Counted from the stretch's first letter, positions 51,081-60,619 are shown. The stretch: DNA of 64,000 nt from Candidatus Magasanikiibacteriota bacterium (GCA_016193335.1 JACPSK010000001.1:175926-239925); one strand, 5' to 3'. Translations and numbers: made by a program. The notes: generated by a model from the letters alone, not told the origin.

Positions 51081-51116
51081 TCAAAATTCCTCCGGCTTGG
51101 ACCGGAGGAATTTTGA
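51081..51116. terminator. Bidirectional terminator between convergent genes
   Basis: TCAAAATTCCTCCGG-CTTGGA-CCGGAGGAATTTTGA perfect stem. Confidence 0.8.
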
Positions 51117-51139
51117 CGCAAAAATCAGTGTCGAAAAAC

Positions 51140-53161
51140 CTACTTATTTATCGTCGTAGAAACGACATCTCCGAGAAGCGCCAAACTCTGTTCATCAAAA
51201 TAAATCCCGGCCGCGTAGGCGCGGTTTACCAACTCAATCGCCTTCTCAGTCTGTCCCAAATGTTTATAGACCAAAGCCAACCTCCACCAACCCTCGCCTA
51301 TATCAGGCAAAAGATTTATACTCTCTTCCAAAAGTTTTACGACTTCTTCCCCTTTTCCCAACTGAAATTTAACACCGGCCAAACTGTAATACACTTGCTG
51401 ACGCTTGGGAGACTTGCGCAAGGCATCCTCCATAATCACTTCGGCTTTTACCACATATTCTGCGTTATGCGTGATTTCTGAGAGAACCTGGGCTATATGG
51501 GTCAGCTGAAGGTGTATCCTGATGTCATAGGGATGGATGTCCATGTTTTTCATCAAATCGTCGAAAGCTCGCTTTCCCATTTTAACCGCGAGTTCCGGAT
51601 TGCCGCCCTTGGCATACTGGCCCATGGTGTCCACCACGGTTCGCGCCAAGTCCAAACGAATATCATCCACATGAGGCGTGGGAATCCGGTACGCCTGTTC
51701 TATGGCTCCAAGCGGGTCGTTCCCTGCGTAGATACCGCGAATCGCGTCAAGAGAATGCATATTTGCCCGGGCAGGGCTGATATTAGTGGCATAGATGATA
51801 AGCGCCAGCACAATGGAAACAGGAGCCACCATGGAGAGAGACAGCTTGGCAGACTTAACATTCGCTATCCGCGCCAGAGCTTGAGGCCGTATATGCCAAT
51901 TTACAAAAGCCAAAAAGAAAAAGAAATAAATATATGAAGTGGGATTTTCAAACACAAACAACTGTTGAACAAAATGAGACACCAAAAAAGCCGACCCGAG
52001 AACACTCACATGCACGCCAACTTTCTTCTCACGATATCCTTTCCACAAATACCATATGGGAACCCCGAAAAGACCGAGATAACTCAAGAATCCAAACAAA
52101 CCCTGAACCGCAAGCGTGTTTAGAGCCGCGTTGTGCGCGTTGTCAAACCAGGTTTCTCCATAACCGGAACGCAAAAACTCGGGTCTGTAATATTTATTAA
52201 ACGCGTAATAATAATTGTTGGGTCCCCAACCGAATATGGGCTTTTCTTGCCAAGCCTCCACGGCTATATTCCAAGCCATCAAACGCGTGGCCCCCGTACC
52301 GCTGGTAAAAGATGAATTAACCAGTTTGCCCACAATGGGTGTTTTCATCACAAAAGGACTTTGTCTAAAAGTAAAAGCCAATACAAGGCACAAGAGACCG
52401 CCCACTATTACTATTCTCAAAATCTGGCGAACGCGCTTATGGCCCGAAAGAGTAATCGAATAACCAAGCAACAAAACCCCAAGCCCGGCCAAAAAACCCA
52501 AAAAAACGCCCCTGGTACCGCTAATAAATATACCCACCAAGCCAAGAAAGCTCACTATTCCAAAATAGCCTTTCCACAAAAATGTTTTCTCTTCAACAGC
52601 AAGAAAAAAACCCACAAAAGACAAAAACATCCCATAAGCTCCCAGATAGATGGCATTCCCCAAAGTGGCAGACACACGATCACTGCCTCTATTCAAAAGA
52701 AATTCAGGACTAAAAATTTGGATAATCCCCAAAACCATGATTAAAGCCCCTGTTGATAAAAGAATAAACAGCAAACGCCTCCATTGCTCCCGGGTTTTGA
52801 TGCAAGATGCCAAGACCACGTAATACATGCCATAATGGATAAGCGTAAAAAAACCAAGCATCCGTTCATGGTTGTCCCAAAAACTCTTGTACCAATCCAC
52901 GCCCAAAAAAGTGGACACCGCGAAACTCAAGAAATAAAGCAGAATCATGAGAGTAAGCGGCGTAGCTCGTACTTTATACGCCTCCCTGTCCATTTTAAAA
53001 AGCAAAATAAAAGTGCCGAGCATCAAAAGCGCAATGGTCCTGAAAAGAATAATTTTGGGTACGATAAAAGGAAAAATAAAAGCGCTGGGCACCACCACAA
53101 AAGGAACCAAAAACGTCAAGACAACAAGAGAAAAAAGTACTTGTTCAAGTCTCTTTTGCAT
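51140..53161 (-). CDS. O-antigen ligase/O-oligosaccharyltransferase family (Wzy_C) protein with C-terminal TPR-like region
   Basis: ~12 TMs; RVSATLGN, SGTRG, TRLMAW...PIFGWGPNNY, DNAHN; TPR-like tail. Confidence 0.85.
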   Translation of the reverse strand: MQKRLEQVLFSLVVLTFLVPFVVVPSAFIFPFIVPKIILFRTIALLMLGTFILLFKMDREAYKVRATPLTLMILLYFLSFAVSTFLGVDWYKSFWDNHERMLGFFTLIHYGMYYVVLASCIKTREQWRRLLFILLSTGALIMVLGIIQIFSPEFLLNRGSDRVSATLGNAIYLGAYGMFLSFVGFFLAVEEKTFLWKGYFGIVSFLGLVGIFISGTRGVFLGFLAGLGVLLLGYSITLSGHKRVRQILRIVIVGGLLCLVLAFTFRQSPFVMKTPIVGKLVNSSFTSGTGATRLMAWNIAVEAWQEKPIFGWGPNNYYYAFNKYYRPEFLRSGYGETWFDNAHNAALNTLAVQGLFGFLSYLGLFGVPIWYLWKGYREKKVGVHVSVLGSAFLVSHFVQQLFVFENPTSYIYFFFFLAFVNWHIRPQALARIANVKSAKLSLSMVAPVSIVLALIIYATNISPARANMHSLDAIRGIYAGNDPLGAIEQAYRIPTPHVDDIRLDLARTVVDTMGQYAKGGNPELAVKMGKRAFDDLMKNMDIHPYDIRIHLQLTHIAQVLSEITHNAEYVVKAEVIMEDALRKSPKRQQVYYSLAGVKFQLGKGEEVVKLLEESINLLPDIGEGWWRLALVYKHLGQTEKAIELVNRAYAAGIYFDEQSLALLGDVVSTTINK

Positions 53162-53176
53162 AAAATGCGTATGTGT

Positions 53177-53884
53177 TTATTTTAAAGCCGAACCCCAGGT
53201 CTCTTGATATAATTTCTCATCAGGATAAGCTTCAAGCAGTATCCGTACTGCCTCTTTGTATGATGTTTCATTGTTAGTATCCTGGTAGAAATTGATCAAA
53301 GCAATCAAAAGATCGGGATGTTTTGGGATTCGCTTCAATCCATTCGACAAAACCTCCTCCGCTTCGTTCGGATTATTGAGCTGTTTCTGGAGCATCCGCG
53401 CAAATGTTATATAGATGCCCACGTCCCCGGGCGATTCATCCAAAGCTCTCGGATAAAAGAGGGCCGCTTGTTCATAATCATTGAGCTCGATTCTATAGGT
53501 TTCGGCGATATTTCTTTGTCCCAATATATTGGGATGCACTTCATGCGACTTCTTGAAGCTCAAAATAGCCCGATGATAATCACCAAACATAGAGTACATA
53601 TTGCCAATTGCTATCCAGGTCTGCCAATCGCCCGGGCCGTCTTCTTCAAAAGCTTTTTTCGTCAAAGTTAGGGTTTCTTCCATGCGCGCTCGCGTCGCCT
53701 CATCCAAATTTTCTGGAATTACAACATGCCGAAATGGGTCTTCCACTGAAAAACTAATCTGAGTATCTTGATTCTGTCCGTCTTTTTTATCATCAGACCC
53801 TGTTCTGTACACAAACCAATACCAAGAGCTGAGAATTACCCCAATCAAAACGGCTCCTAACAATACATATGTTCTTTTTTTCAT
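53177..53884 (-). CDS. Membrane-anchored TPR protein
   Basis: N-terminal TM; WIAIGNMY..FGDYHRAI and NDYEQAALFY..AL repeats. Confidence 0.75.
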   Translation of the reverse strand: MKKRTYVLLGAVLIGVILSSWYWFVYRTGSDDKKDGQNQDTQISFSVEDPFRHVVIPENLDEATRARMEETLTLTKKAFEEDGPGDWQTWIAIGNMYSMFGDYHRAILSFKKSHEVHPNILGQRNIAETYRIELNDYEQAALFYPRALDESPGDVGIYITFARMLQKQLNNPNEAEEVLSNGLKRIPKHPDLLIALINFYQDTNNETSYKEAVRILLEAYPDEKLYQETWGSALK

Positions 53885-54110
53885 ATTTTGATTTACATCC
53901 GCATCTCCGCAAAATCTCTATGACATGAGGCCTTCTTTCAAAAAAACCGCCGCAGGCTGAGAAAATTTCGGCTCATTCCGGATTAAATGGCAGCCAAACA
54001 TTTCACATCGTCCCGATCACGCGGGAACTAAAAATTATAAATTGTTGAGATTGTTAAGAAAGTATAACACAGATAACAAAAGCCCGGCAAGGCTTGAAAG
54101 TAGACTTAAC

Positions 54111-54136
54111 GAAAAACCCCCGTAAGGGGGTTTTTC
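54111..54136 (-). terminator. Strong intrinsic terminator after the S-layer-like gene
   Basis: GAAAAACCCCC-GTAA-GGGGGTTTTTC. Confidence 0.85.
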
Positions 54137-54163
54137 TAGACTAGGCGTTCAGTAAGAGAAATC

Positions 54164-57100
54164 TTACTTCGCTACAACGGTAGGCGTGGTAGAGACGGAG
54201 TTCAATCCGCTTACCAAGAAACCGTTTACCCAGTCGTTCGTGGTGGTCGCGTGAGCGCCAGCACTGCGATCAGACCAGATGAAGTCATCATGGACATCGC
54301 TGTCGACTGTGTTGGCTGCTGACATGAGGTTAGCGTTCTCAACCCATGTGGCCGCGTCACCGCCGAGCCGTGTGCTAATGCTTGCTCCGGAAGCCACGCC
54401 AGTAACTGTGCCGCGGACCAAGTAGAGTCTTGGCTTGGAAACAGAAACTGTGCGTTCTTCTCCTCCATCGCCTGTGCCTGAACTGTCAGTATCAAACAAG
54501 GCCTGGAAGTAGCCGTTCACAAAAGCAGTAGTAGCTGAATTGTACAGTTGTACTTCCGTGCTTTCGGTAACATCGAGCACTTCAACGTTCGTGACTGTAG
54601 CCGTTGTCGTACTCATATCGAACACGAATTTGTACAATCCGATATCTCCCTTGTTGGCTGTGACCTTGAACTTGAACAGATCATTAGCGCCGTTTGCCAA
54701 GGTTCCGCCCACCGACAGAACTTCTACAGTCGGAGCAGCCTTGTACATGTAGTGCGTATTTCCTGTCGGAACATTGGAAGTGCTGAGGTACTCAATACTT
54801 CCAGTTCCGGTGAGGTTGCCTTTTGCCACCACATCTCCCGCGGCGTTGATCTTCAATCCAAGACGATGGCCACCTACTGTTACGGACTCTTGCGGACCAA
54901 TGCTGGCGAGGTTTGCCTTGAGATAAAGTTTCTTGCCATCAGAATCATCGGTCTTTACCACAAAGGATCCATCATTAAAGTCTATAACAGGGGTGGTGCT
55001 GGTCGGTACTACAGAACCTACCTTCACACCGTCTTCATCTTCAGCGTACAGAAGAGCATAATCCTTAAATGAAGAGCTGCTTGTGTCAGTCACGTTCATG
55101 GTGAACATGAGAGTGTCGAGCTCTACATTTTCTGTGGTGGTTGCGTAGAAGTTGAAGGTTCCCAAGGTCACACCGCTCGTTCCCGCGGTCATAAGAGCCG
55201 CTGTCGGGTTGGATGGGTCAAGTGAAACCTGTACGGTTCCGCCTGCCGCGCCTACGGTAATGGCTTGTCCATTTGCCGTGTCCTTAGTCTCGGTAACTGT
55301 GTTACCGGTCTTCACGCCCACAGATACCACGTCATCATTGCTGTTGTCATTGTCTACAGCAAATGTATGAGAGGAGGTGGATCCGGTCACTGCCCCACCG
55401 GCAATGTTTCCAACAACGCGTACTACCACCTTCTTGCCGGCCTTGACAACAAATTGGTCAGTGCCGCTCAAGTTGAAGGTAAAGGTTTGGTTGTTGCCTG
55501 CCGTGGAATCAGAACCGCTCTTTGTTTCGTTCAAAGCTTCTTCAGTACCGGCGCCATCATAGCTGTCGCCATCTTTATCCACCATCAATCTGATGTTCTG
55601 GACATCAATGGTTTTAGCAGCGGCATCGGTAGTATCCGTCATCTTGACCTGAGTAACTCTTATGTCCTCAGAAGAATTGCTGCCGTCAAACAAAAGTTGA
55701 GCGAACTCAACATTGTTGGTACCGGCTGCGAGTGTCTTGGCCGAAGGTACGGACAAGGTGGTCACGCGCAAAGAGCCTGCTTTGATAGTCTGAACGTTTG
55801 CGCTCACTGCGGCTTGCGGGTTTGCGTAAGTGCCAAGCGTAATCGTTTCAGAACTGTTTTCACCGGTAGCTTCGAAATTGGACGTATTGGCCATATCGAT
55901 AGCTACGGTTACTGTGTCATTTACTGCCGGCGTGCTGTCAAGAGTAGCCTTCAAAGTAAGGATATTGTCACCGACCGGTAAAGTAAATGAATCAGTTGAT
56001 GTCGCATAACCGGGGCTGGTGGATCCTACGCCGTCTTGTCCTCCGGTAAGAGAATCACCTTTTGCGCTGTACAAAACGAGCTGATCAAATCCGGTCGGAA
56101 GTACAGAGCCAGTGGTGGTCAATCTGAACACTACGGTTTTTACGGTTATAGGTTCTCCCTGAACTTTGAAGTTCCATGAACCCAATGCTACGCCGGTTGA
56201 ATCTTCCGGGATATTGCCGGCAATAACATCATTGGTCTTGGAAACGGTCAAGTTGCCCTGAGCGACAGTTACCGTGTTGCTCATCGCGCTCGCGTTATTG
56301 GTGGGAGTGGCATAGTAGCTATGCTTCAAATCCTTGGCCAATACATCGCTGGCTTGTTTTACATCCAAGTTCATGGTTCTCGCTGAGCCGCTCACAATGT
56401 CACCATATACTTCATAGGTCTTGTTCTTGCCTTTACCGATCTTACAGTCTTCGGTACAAGCATCAAGCTTGAAGGTAACATATTTGCCGCTCATTACACC
56501 GGTAGCAACTTTGTTGTCGTTGTAGCGGAGTTCAAGATCCGCGAAATCAGTGGTCGCGGCGCTTCCATCGTTGTAGAGAACGATTTTCTCAACCTGGAAA
56601 TCATTGGTCGCAACCGTGATCTTTACGTTGGCAAGGTTTATATCCTTGTCACCAACTTGCTCGGTGATGGTGCCTACCACAGCGCCTTCTGCCAAGGTTA
56701 CGGTGCCAAGAGTCACACCGGTGTTGGTTTGCACAGCATTTCCTTCCACAGGAAGAGTGCTGGCTACTTTGGCATCTGTCTCAACAGAATACAAAGCCAA
56801 GCGTGGTAAGTCTCCGCCGATAACGCCGGAACTCGCCATGTCAGCAACCAAAGTGTAGGTCTTGGTTTCGCCGCTCTTTACCATTACGTCTTCTGTAAAG
56901 GTGGCTAGGCTATCTGCATTCAATGTTTTACCAAGTGAATTCAACAGATTTCCATCCGGATCTACCACGTTTACTTTGCTCAAGTCTGCGTCTCGAGCCG
57001 GTGTACCGGTTCTCTTAACCACAAATGACTTGATAGTTACATCACCACCAGTCGCGCTAAGGTTGAGTTTGGTAAACTCAACGCGAGCCGCGCTTTGCAC

Positions 57101-57937
57101 TGCATAGGTGCCTGATGGCGTGCCAGCAGCCAAAGCCACACTCAAAGTCCCTTGGCTGGTCGTTGTGGTGTCAGTGGTTGTGGTGTCAGTGGTTGTGGTG
57201 TCAGTGCTGCTTGAACCAGTTCCCATCTGAGAAGGATCGGCACTAAGACTGCTTGGAGTTGCCGTGCCGCTTGCCACTTCCAAAGAATCAAATACTTCTT
57301 GGGAAACAGTGCGCACGTCACCCTTTGAGGTCATACCAAGAGTGCCGCTTACTTCTTTCAGTTCACCATTCCATACGTAGAAAACGCTGTCATCTCCGGA
57401 AGTCTTCACCAACATACCATTATGTGGTTTTGCTTCGGTTACAGCAGGGCCGTCTTTGTAGTTGGCGTCAAATACATCCGCAAGGTCTCTCACAAGAGAA
57501 GCCCACTTGTCGCCATACAGCGCTTTGGCCACAGCTTCGCTGGCCAATTTGTGCTTCATGTTGCTTGGACCCACGGCGTATACGTCTGGTGAAACTACGG
57601 TCTTGTACAATCGTGAACCAGGGCGGAAGTTTACACCACCACCACTTGGATAATTGCTTACGCATGTGTTTGGAATTTCTACCACACCGGAGAAATCTTC
57701 AAACCATGTTTTGTATACTTCTGAGTTCGGGAAATACATGCGCTCCATGTCAGCGTTGACATAGTATACCGCGCTGTTGTTCGGAACTTTGAACAAGTCC
57801 CCGGCTTCTAGCTCAGGACATGCTTCGGCCGCGTTGACCACGGCTGGAAGAAAAGCACCGAACGACATGCTGAAAACGGTCATACCAGAAACTACGCTGG
57901 TAAAGAGCTTTTTCCCGAATTTCTTCAAATCGCTCAT
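54164..57937 (-). CDS. Large secreted S-layer-like protein (~1258 aa)
   Basis: Signal peptide, three N-terminal anchor-like repeats, Thr linker, tandem Ig-like beta domains rich in T/S/G/V; start ATG 57937 after AGAGGA. Confidence 0.8.
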   Translation of the reverse strand: MSDLKKFGKKLFTSVVSGMTVFSMSFGAFLPAVVNAAEACPELEAGDLFKVPNNSAVYYVNADMERMYFPNSEVYKTWFEDFSGVVEIPNTCVSNYPSGGGVNFRPGSRLYKTVVSPDVYAVGPSNMKHKLASEAVAKALYGDKWASLVRDLADVFDANYKDGPAVTEAKPHNGMLVKTSGDDSVFYVWNGELKEVSGTLGMTSKGDVRTVSQEVFDSLEVASGTATPSSLSADPSQMGTGSSSTDTTTTDTTTTDTTTTSQGTLSVALAAGTPSGTYAVQSAARVEFTKLNLSATGGDVTIKSFVVKRTGTPARDADLSKVNVVDPDGNLLNSLGKTLNADSLATFTEDVMVKSGETKTYTLVADMASSGVIGGDLPRLALYSVETDAKVASTLPVEGNAVQTNTGVTLGTVTLAEGAVVGTITEQVGDKDINLANVKITVATNDFQVEKIVLYNDGSAATTDFADLELRYNDNKVATGVMSGKYVTFKLDACTEDCKIGKGKNKTYEVYGDIVSGSARTMNLDVKQASDVLAKDLKHSYYATPTNNASAMSNTVTVAQGNLTVSKTNDVIAGNIPEDSTGVALGSWNFKVQGEPITVKTVVFRLTTTGSVLPTGFDQLVLYSAKGDSLTGGQDGVGSTSPGYATSTDSFTLPVGDNILTLKATLDSTPAVNDTVTVAIDMANTSNFEATGENSSETITLGTYANPQAAVSANVQTIKAGSLRVTTLSVPSAKTLAAGTNNVEFAQLLFDGSNSSEDIRVTQVKMTDTTDAAAKTIDVQNIRLMVDKDGDSYDGAGTEEALNETKSGSDSTAGNNQTFTFNLSGTDQFVVKAGKKVVVRVVGNIAGGAVTGSTSSHTFAVDNDNSNDDVVSVGVKTGNTVTETKDTANGQAITVGAAGGTVQVSLDPSNPTAALMTAGTSGVTLGTFNFYATTTENVELDTLMFTMNVTDTSSSSFKDYALLYAEDEDGVKVGSVVPTSTTPVIDFNDGSFVVKTDDSDGKKLYLKANLASIGPQESVTVGGHRLGLKINAAGDVVAKGNLTGTGSIEYLSTSNVPTGNTHYMYKAAPTVEVLSVGGTLANGANDLFKFKVTANKGDIGLYKFVFDMSTTTATVTNVEVLDVTESTEVQLYNSATTAFVNGYFQALFDTDSSGTGDGGEERTVSVSKPRLYLVRGTVTGVASGASISTRLGGDAATWVENANLMSAANTVDSDVHDDFIWSDRSAGAHATTTNDWVNGFLVSGLNSVSTTPTVVAK
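57162..57206. repeat. 15-bp tandem repeat x3 encoding (TDTTT)3
   Basis: GTTGTGGTGTCAGTG repeated three times. Confidence 0.9.
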
Positions 57938-57983
57938 AATTAGTAATCCTCTACTCATCTTCAAGCGTCCCAATGTTTATTTT

Positions 57984-58151
57984 TTCACCGGGATCAAAAA
58001 GATAAGTACTTGACTTAAAGTCATCCAACGGTCCATAGACCCCGACCTTTCAGTCGAATGACACTTCCTTGCGCGAACGCAAGTCCTTCGGCTTTGGCCG
58101 AAGGGCCGCAATATACTGTATGGCATAGAGATCCCTCAATATTAAGGTGAA
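57984..58151 (-). ncRNA. Putative structured 5' leader RNA of the S-layer-like gene
   Basis: Nested helices TTCACC/GGTGAA, GGGATC/GATCCC, CCATA/TATGG enclosing hairpins with CAAA, TTCG and GAAA loops. Confidence 0.6.
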
Positions 58152-58239
58152 GGAGCCCAAGCCGCACAGTAGTATACCGCGACTGCATACTTTATAATAC
58201 TTGTAAAAGAACCCTTCTCTAGTTTTCTATCCTTAATTT

Positions 58240-59580
58240 TTAATTCGAGTTTGTTCCCGTGGCTGATTTTGGAGCTACCTGTAATGCCGGATCTGTCTTT
58301 TGCGTGCCTGCTCCCAAGCCTCCCGCAGGAGGGGACACTGCCACAGCCTGAGCTTCAATCAAAATATGTTCAGCTACGTTTGTAATTTCACCGAGACCCT
58401 TTATGGTGTCAAAAGCCTCTTGCAATTTACCTTCTTCTATCAAAATCCTTACTTTTTGGGCTGAATTATCTACTTCTTTTGTTTTTTCTTTAAGTTGTTC
58501 TTTTGCCTGGCTAACCGAAGGCGTCTCTAGCACCTGGGCAGCCTGGGCCATCACATTGGCACTGGAAGAAACGATTCTCGGCGTGTCAGCGCTCCAAGAA
58601 GCTGTGGAACTGCTAAGCTGTACGGAAACAGTGGAAGAAGACAAAGACAGAGTACTGCTGACTGCGCCATTCATCAAAATAGCTGAACCGGAAACCGTTT
58701 GATTCGAAGCGTTTGAGTCGGCTCCTTTCTTTACTTTTTCATTATCTTGTAAAATATTGTCTAATGCTCCGTTCACCAAACTTTTTACTTCGTCTTTCAA
58801 ACCACCATTTTCAGCGATCCCGCTTCTCACGATTGTTTCAATCGAATCCAAGGCCTTACCATCCACACTTTGGGCCACTTCAGAGACTTGCCTTACCACT
58901 TCCGTATTTTGGGTCGTCTGAGAGTTGGCGCTAATGTCTTTCAATTCTTTGGTGATCACTTCTGTTTCTTTTTGAGTGTCTTTCGCAAGAGCCAGAGCTT
59001 TGCCAGGGTCTTCATTTATTTTTTGTTTAACCTCTTCATTGCTTATGGTCACTGCGGTTGATATAGACTCCTGAAGATGCTTGTTCGCGGCATCCACCCG
59101 ACGCGAAGTATCTTTACGATCCTCTTCAACCAATTGTTTGATCTCTTCCACCCTTCTCTCTGCAAATTCAAAATTTCTTTTAATTTTAATCTCTTGTTTT
59201 GATTCTTTTGGCGCTCCAACAGCTGCAAAAGCTATCTGAGTTTTCTCATGAGCCACTTTAACACTCCAGCACATATCTCCGGGTATACAATTGAAAGTGG
59301 CGCTTACACTGGCAGACCAGCCGGCGAGGGCCATGAGCATGATAAGAAAAGTAGTGAGCACCGGACGACCAAACGACACCAAGCCCTGCGGTACAAACGT
59401 ATGAATAAATATATCGAAAGACCAACTTTTTTCTCCAAACGAGACAGGCCATTGCTTCACTGCCTGAGCACGTATCTGGTCCATCATTATCTCTTTATTT
59501 TTTGAAACCCAAGAAGGATCTGGGTTAAGCAGATCTTTCATCGTATCAAAATGCTTCAATTGTCTTCGAAAATTCTTCAT
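58240..59580 (-). CDS. Putative anti-sigma factor, DUF5667-like
   Basis: Directly downstream of the ECF sigma gene; single TM, IPGD..W.VK..E..Q and F(A)ERR..E motifs, helical extracytoplasmic part. Confidence 0.65.
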   Translation of the reverse strand: MKNFRRQLKHFDTMKDLLNPDPSWVSKNKEIMMDQIRAQAVKQWPVSFGEKSWSFDIFIHTFVPQGLVSFGRPVLTTFLIMLMALAGWSASVSATFNCIPGDMCWSVKVAHEKTQIAFAAVGAPKESKQEIKIKRNFEFAERRVEEIKQLVEEDRKDTSRRVDAANKHLQESISTAVTISNEEVKQKINEDPGKALALAKDTQKETEVITKELKDISANSQTTQNTEVVRQVSEVAQSVDGKALDSIETIVRSGIAENGGLKDEVKSLVNGALDNILQDNEKVKKGADSNASNQTVSGSAILMNGAVSSTLSLSSSTVSVQLSSSTASWSADTPRIVSSSANVMAQAAQVLETPSVSQAKEQLKEKTKEVDNSAQKVRILIEEGKLQEAFDTIKGLGEITNVAEHILIEAQAVAVSPPAGGLGAGTQKTDPALQVAPKSATGTNSN

Positions 59581-59596
59581 ACACGCATTGTCCAAG

Positions 59597-60157
59597 TTAT
59601 TGCTCTTTCTGAAGAATATTTTTGAGCACTTGCAAAGCTCTATGCAGAGTAACCCTCACATTTGTCCTGCTTTTTCCAAGTATGACGGCTATTTCAGAAC
59701 CACTCAAAGAGTCCATATATCGGAGAATTATTATCTCCTGATATTCACGCTTCATCTTTTTCAAGGCTTTCAGTATTTTTTCAGCCTCATAACGATCGTG
59801 AATCATTTCGTATTCTTTCGCGTCTGTTCCCTGTTCTTTCAAATCTTCGAGAGAACAAAGTTGTTCTCTTCCCTTTTTTCTATAAAAATCCACCAAAGTA
59901 GTTTTGGCTACTTTATATATAAAGCCGCTGAAACTTCTTACATCACTGTACTTTCCTTCGGCAAGATAATTCCAAGCTTTCAAAAAAATGTCACTGGTCA
60001 AGTCCTCTGCCTCGGAACGACTTGAAACCTTAAAAGAAATAAATCTATATATCCTCTCTATATACAGACTATAAAGCTCCCCGTAAGCCTCAGGATCACG
60101 GTCTTTCTTTATTTTGTAAAGAAGCTTTTTTTCTCTCAAGCTGTCTTTTACGTTCAT
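59597..60157 (-). CDS. ECF (sigma-70 family) RNA polymerase sigma factor
   Basis: AYGELY..Y.ERIYRF, AEDLTSDIFLKAW, FIYKVA...VDFYRK, LRY.DSLS..EIA.ILGKS..NVRVTLHRAL. Confidence 0.93.
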   Translation of the reverse strand: MNVKDSLREKKLLYKIKKDRDPEAYGELYSLYIERIYRFISFKVSSRSEAEDLTSDIFLKAWNYLAEGKYSDVRSFSGFIYKVAKTTLVDFYRKKGREQLCSLEDLKEQGTDAKEYEMIHDRYEAEKILKALKKMKREYQEIIILRYMDSLSGSEIAVILGKSRTNVRVTLHRALQVLKNILQKEQ

Positions 60158-60164
60158 ATATGAA

Positions 60165-60190
60165 GACGTTGGAACTAAAAAAGTGTTACA
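60165..60190 (-). promoter_or_regulatory. ECF-type (probably autoregulatory) promoter, near-leaderless
   Basis: TGTAAC-16bp-CGTC, 7 nt before the sigma ATG. Confidence 0.7.
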
Positions 60191-60619
60191 TCAGAACACC
60201 GAAAGCAGGGGCCCTAAATCTCTAAAAACATCAAGAACAAAACAAAATTCCTTTTCGGAATCTGCCGGACGATGTTTCAAGAAATTAAGAGAATACAGGC
60301 CAAACCCACTTGAATAGAAGTATAGCATATTTTATAGCTTGATTCCAGATTTTAAAGAAAATATGATTAGAAAAACAGCTGTCTAAGACATGGCCTATGC
60401 CCGTGGAAACATATCTATAAGCTTTCCATATATTGAACGCGAATACGCGAAAATTTATCTCCATTCAGGTTCACCGACAAGAGGCCTCATATCTTAGCCG
60501 ATAAAATGAAAAAATGCAAGTATCTGTACAGTATCTCTATTCTCAATAATAAAGCATTCCGCTTATTCTACCATTCTTAGTCAAAATTATCTCAAAAAAT
60601 TAAAGAATACTAAACATAT

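Noticed and set aside
53900-54100. Possible REP-like or MITE remnants in this and other short intergenic gaps (e.g. 45890-45940, 14090-14170)
   Set aside because: Only weak short palindromes, with no second copy identifiable by eye
55265-55981. Long antisense ORFs here and throughout the glycan cluster
   Set aside because: They are shadows of well-supported genes on the opposite strand and have no recognisable motifs
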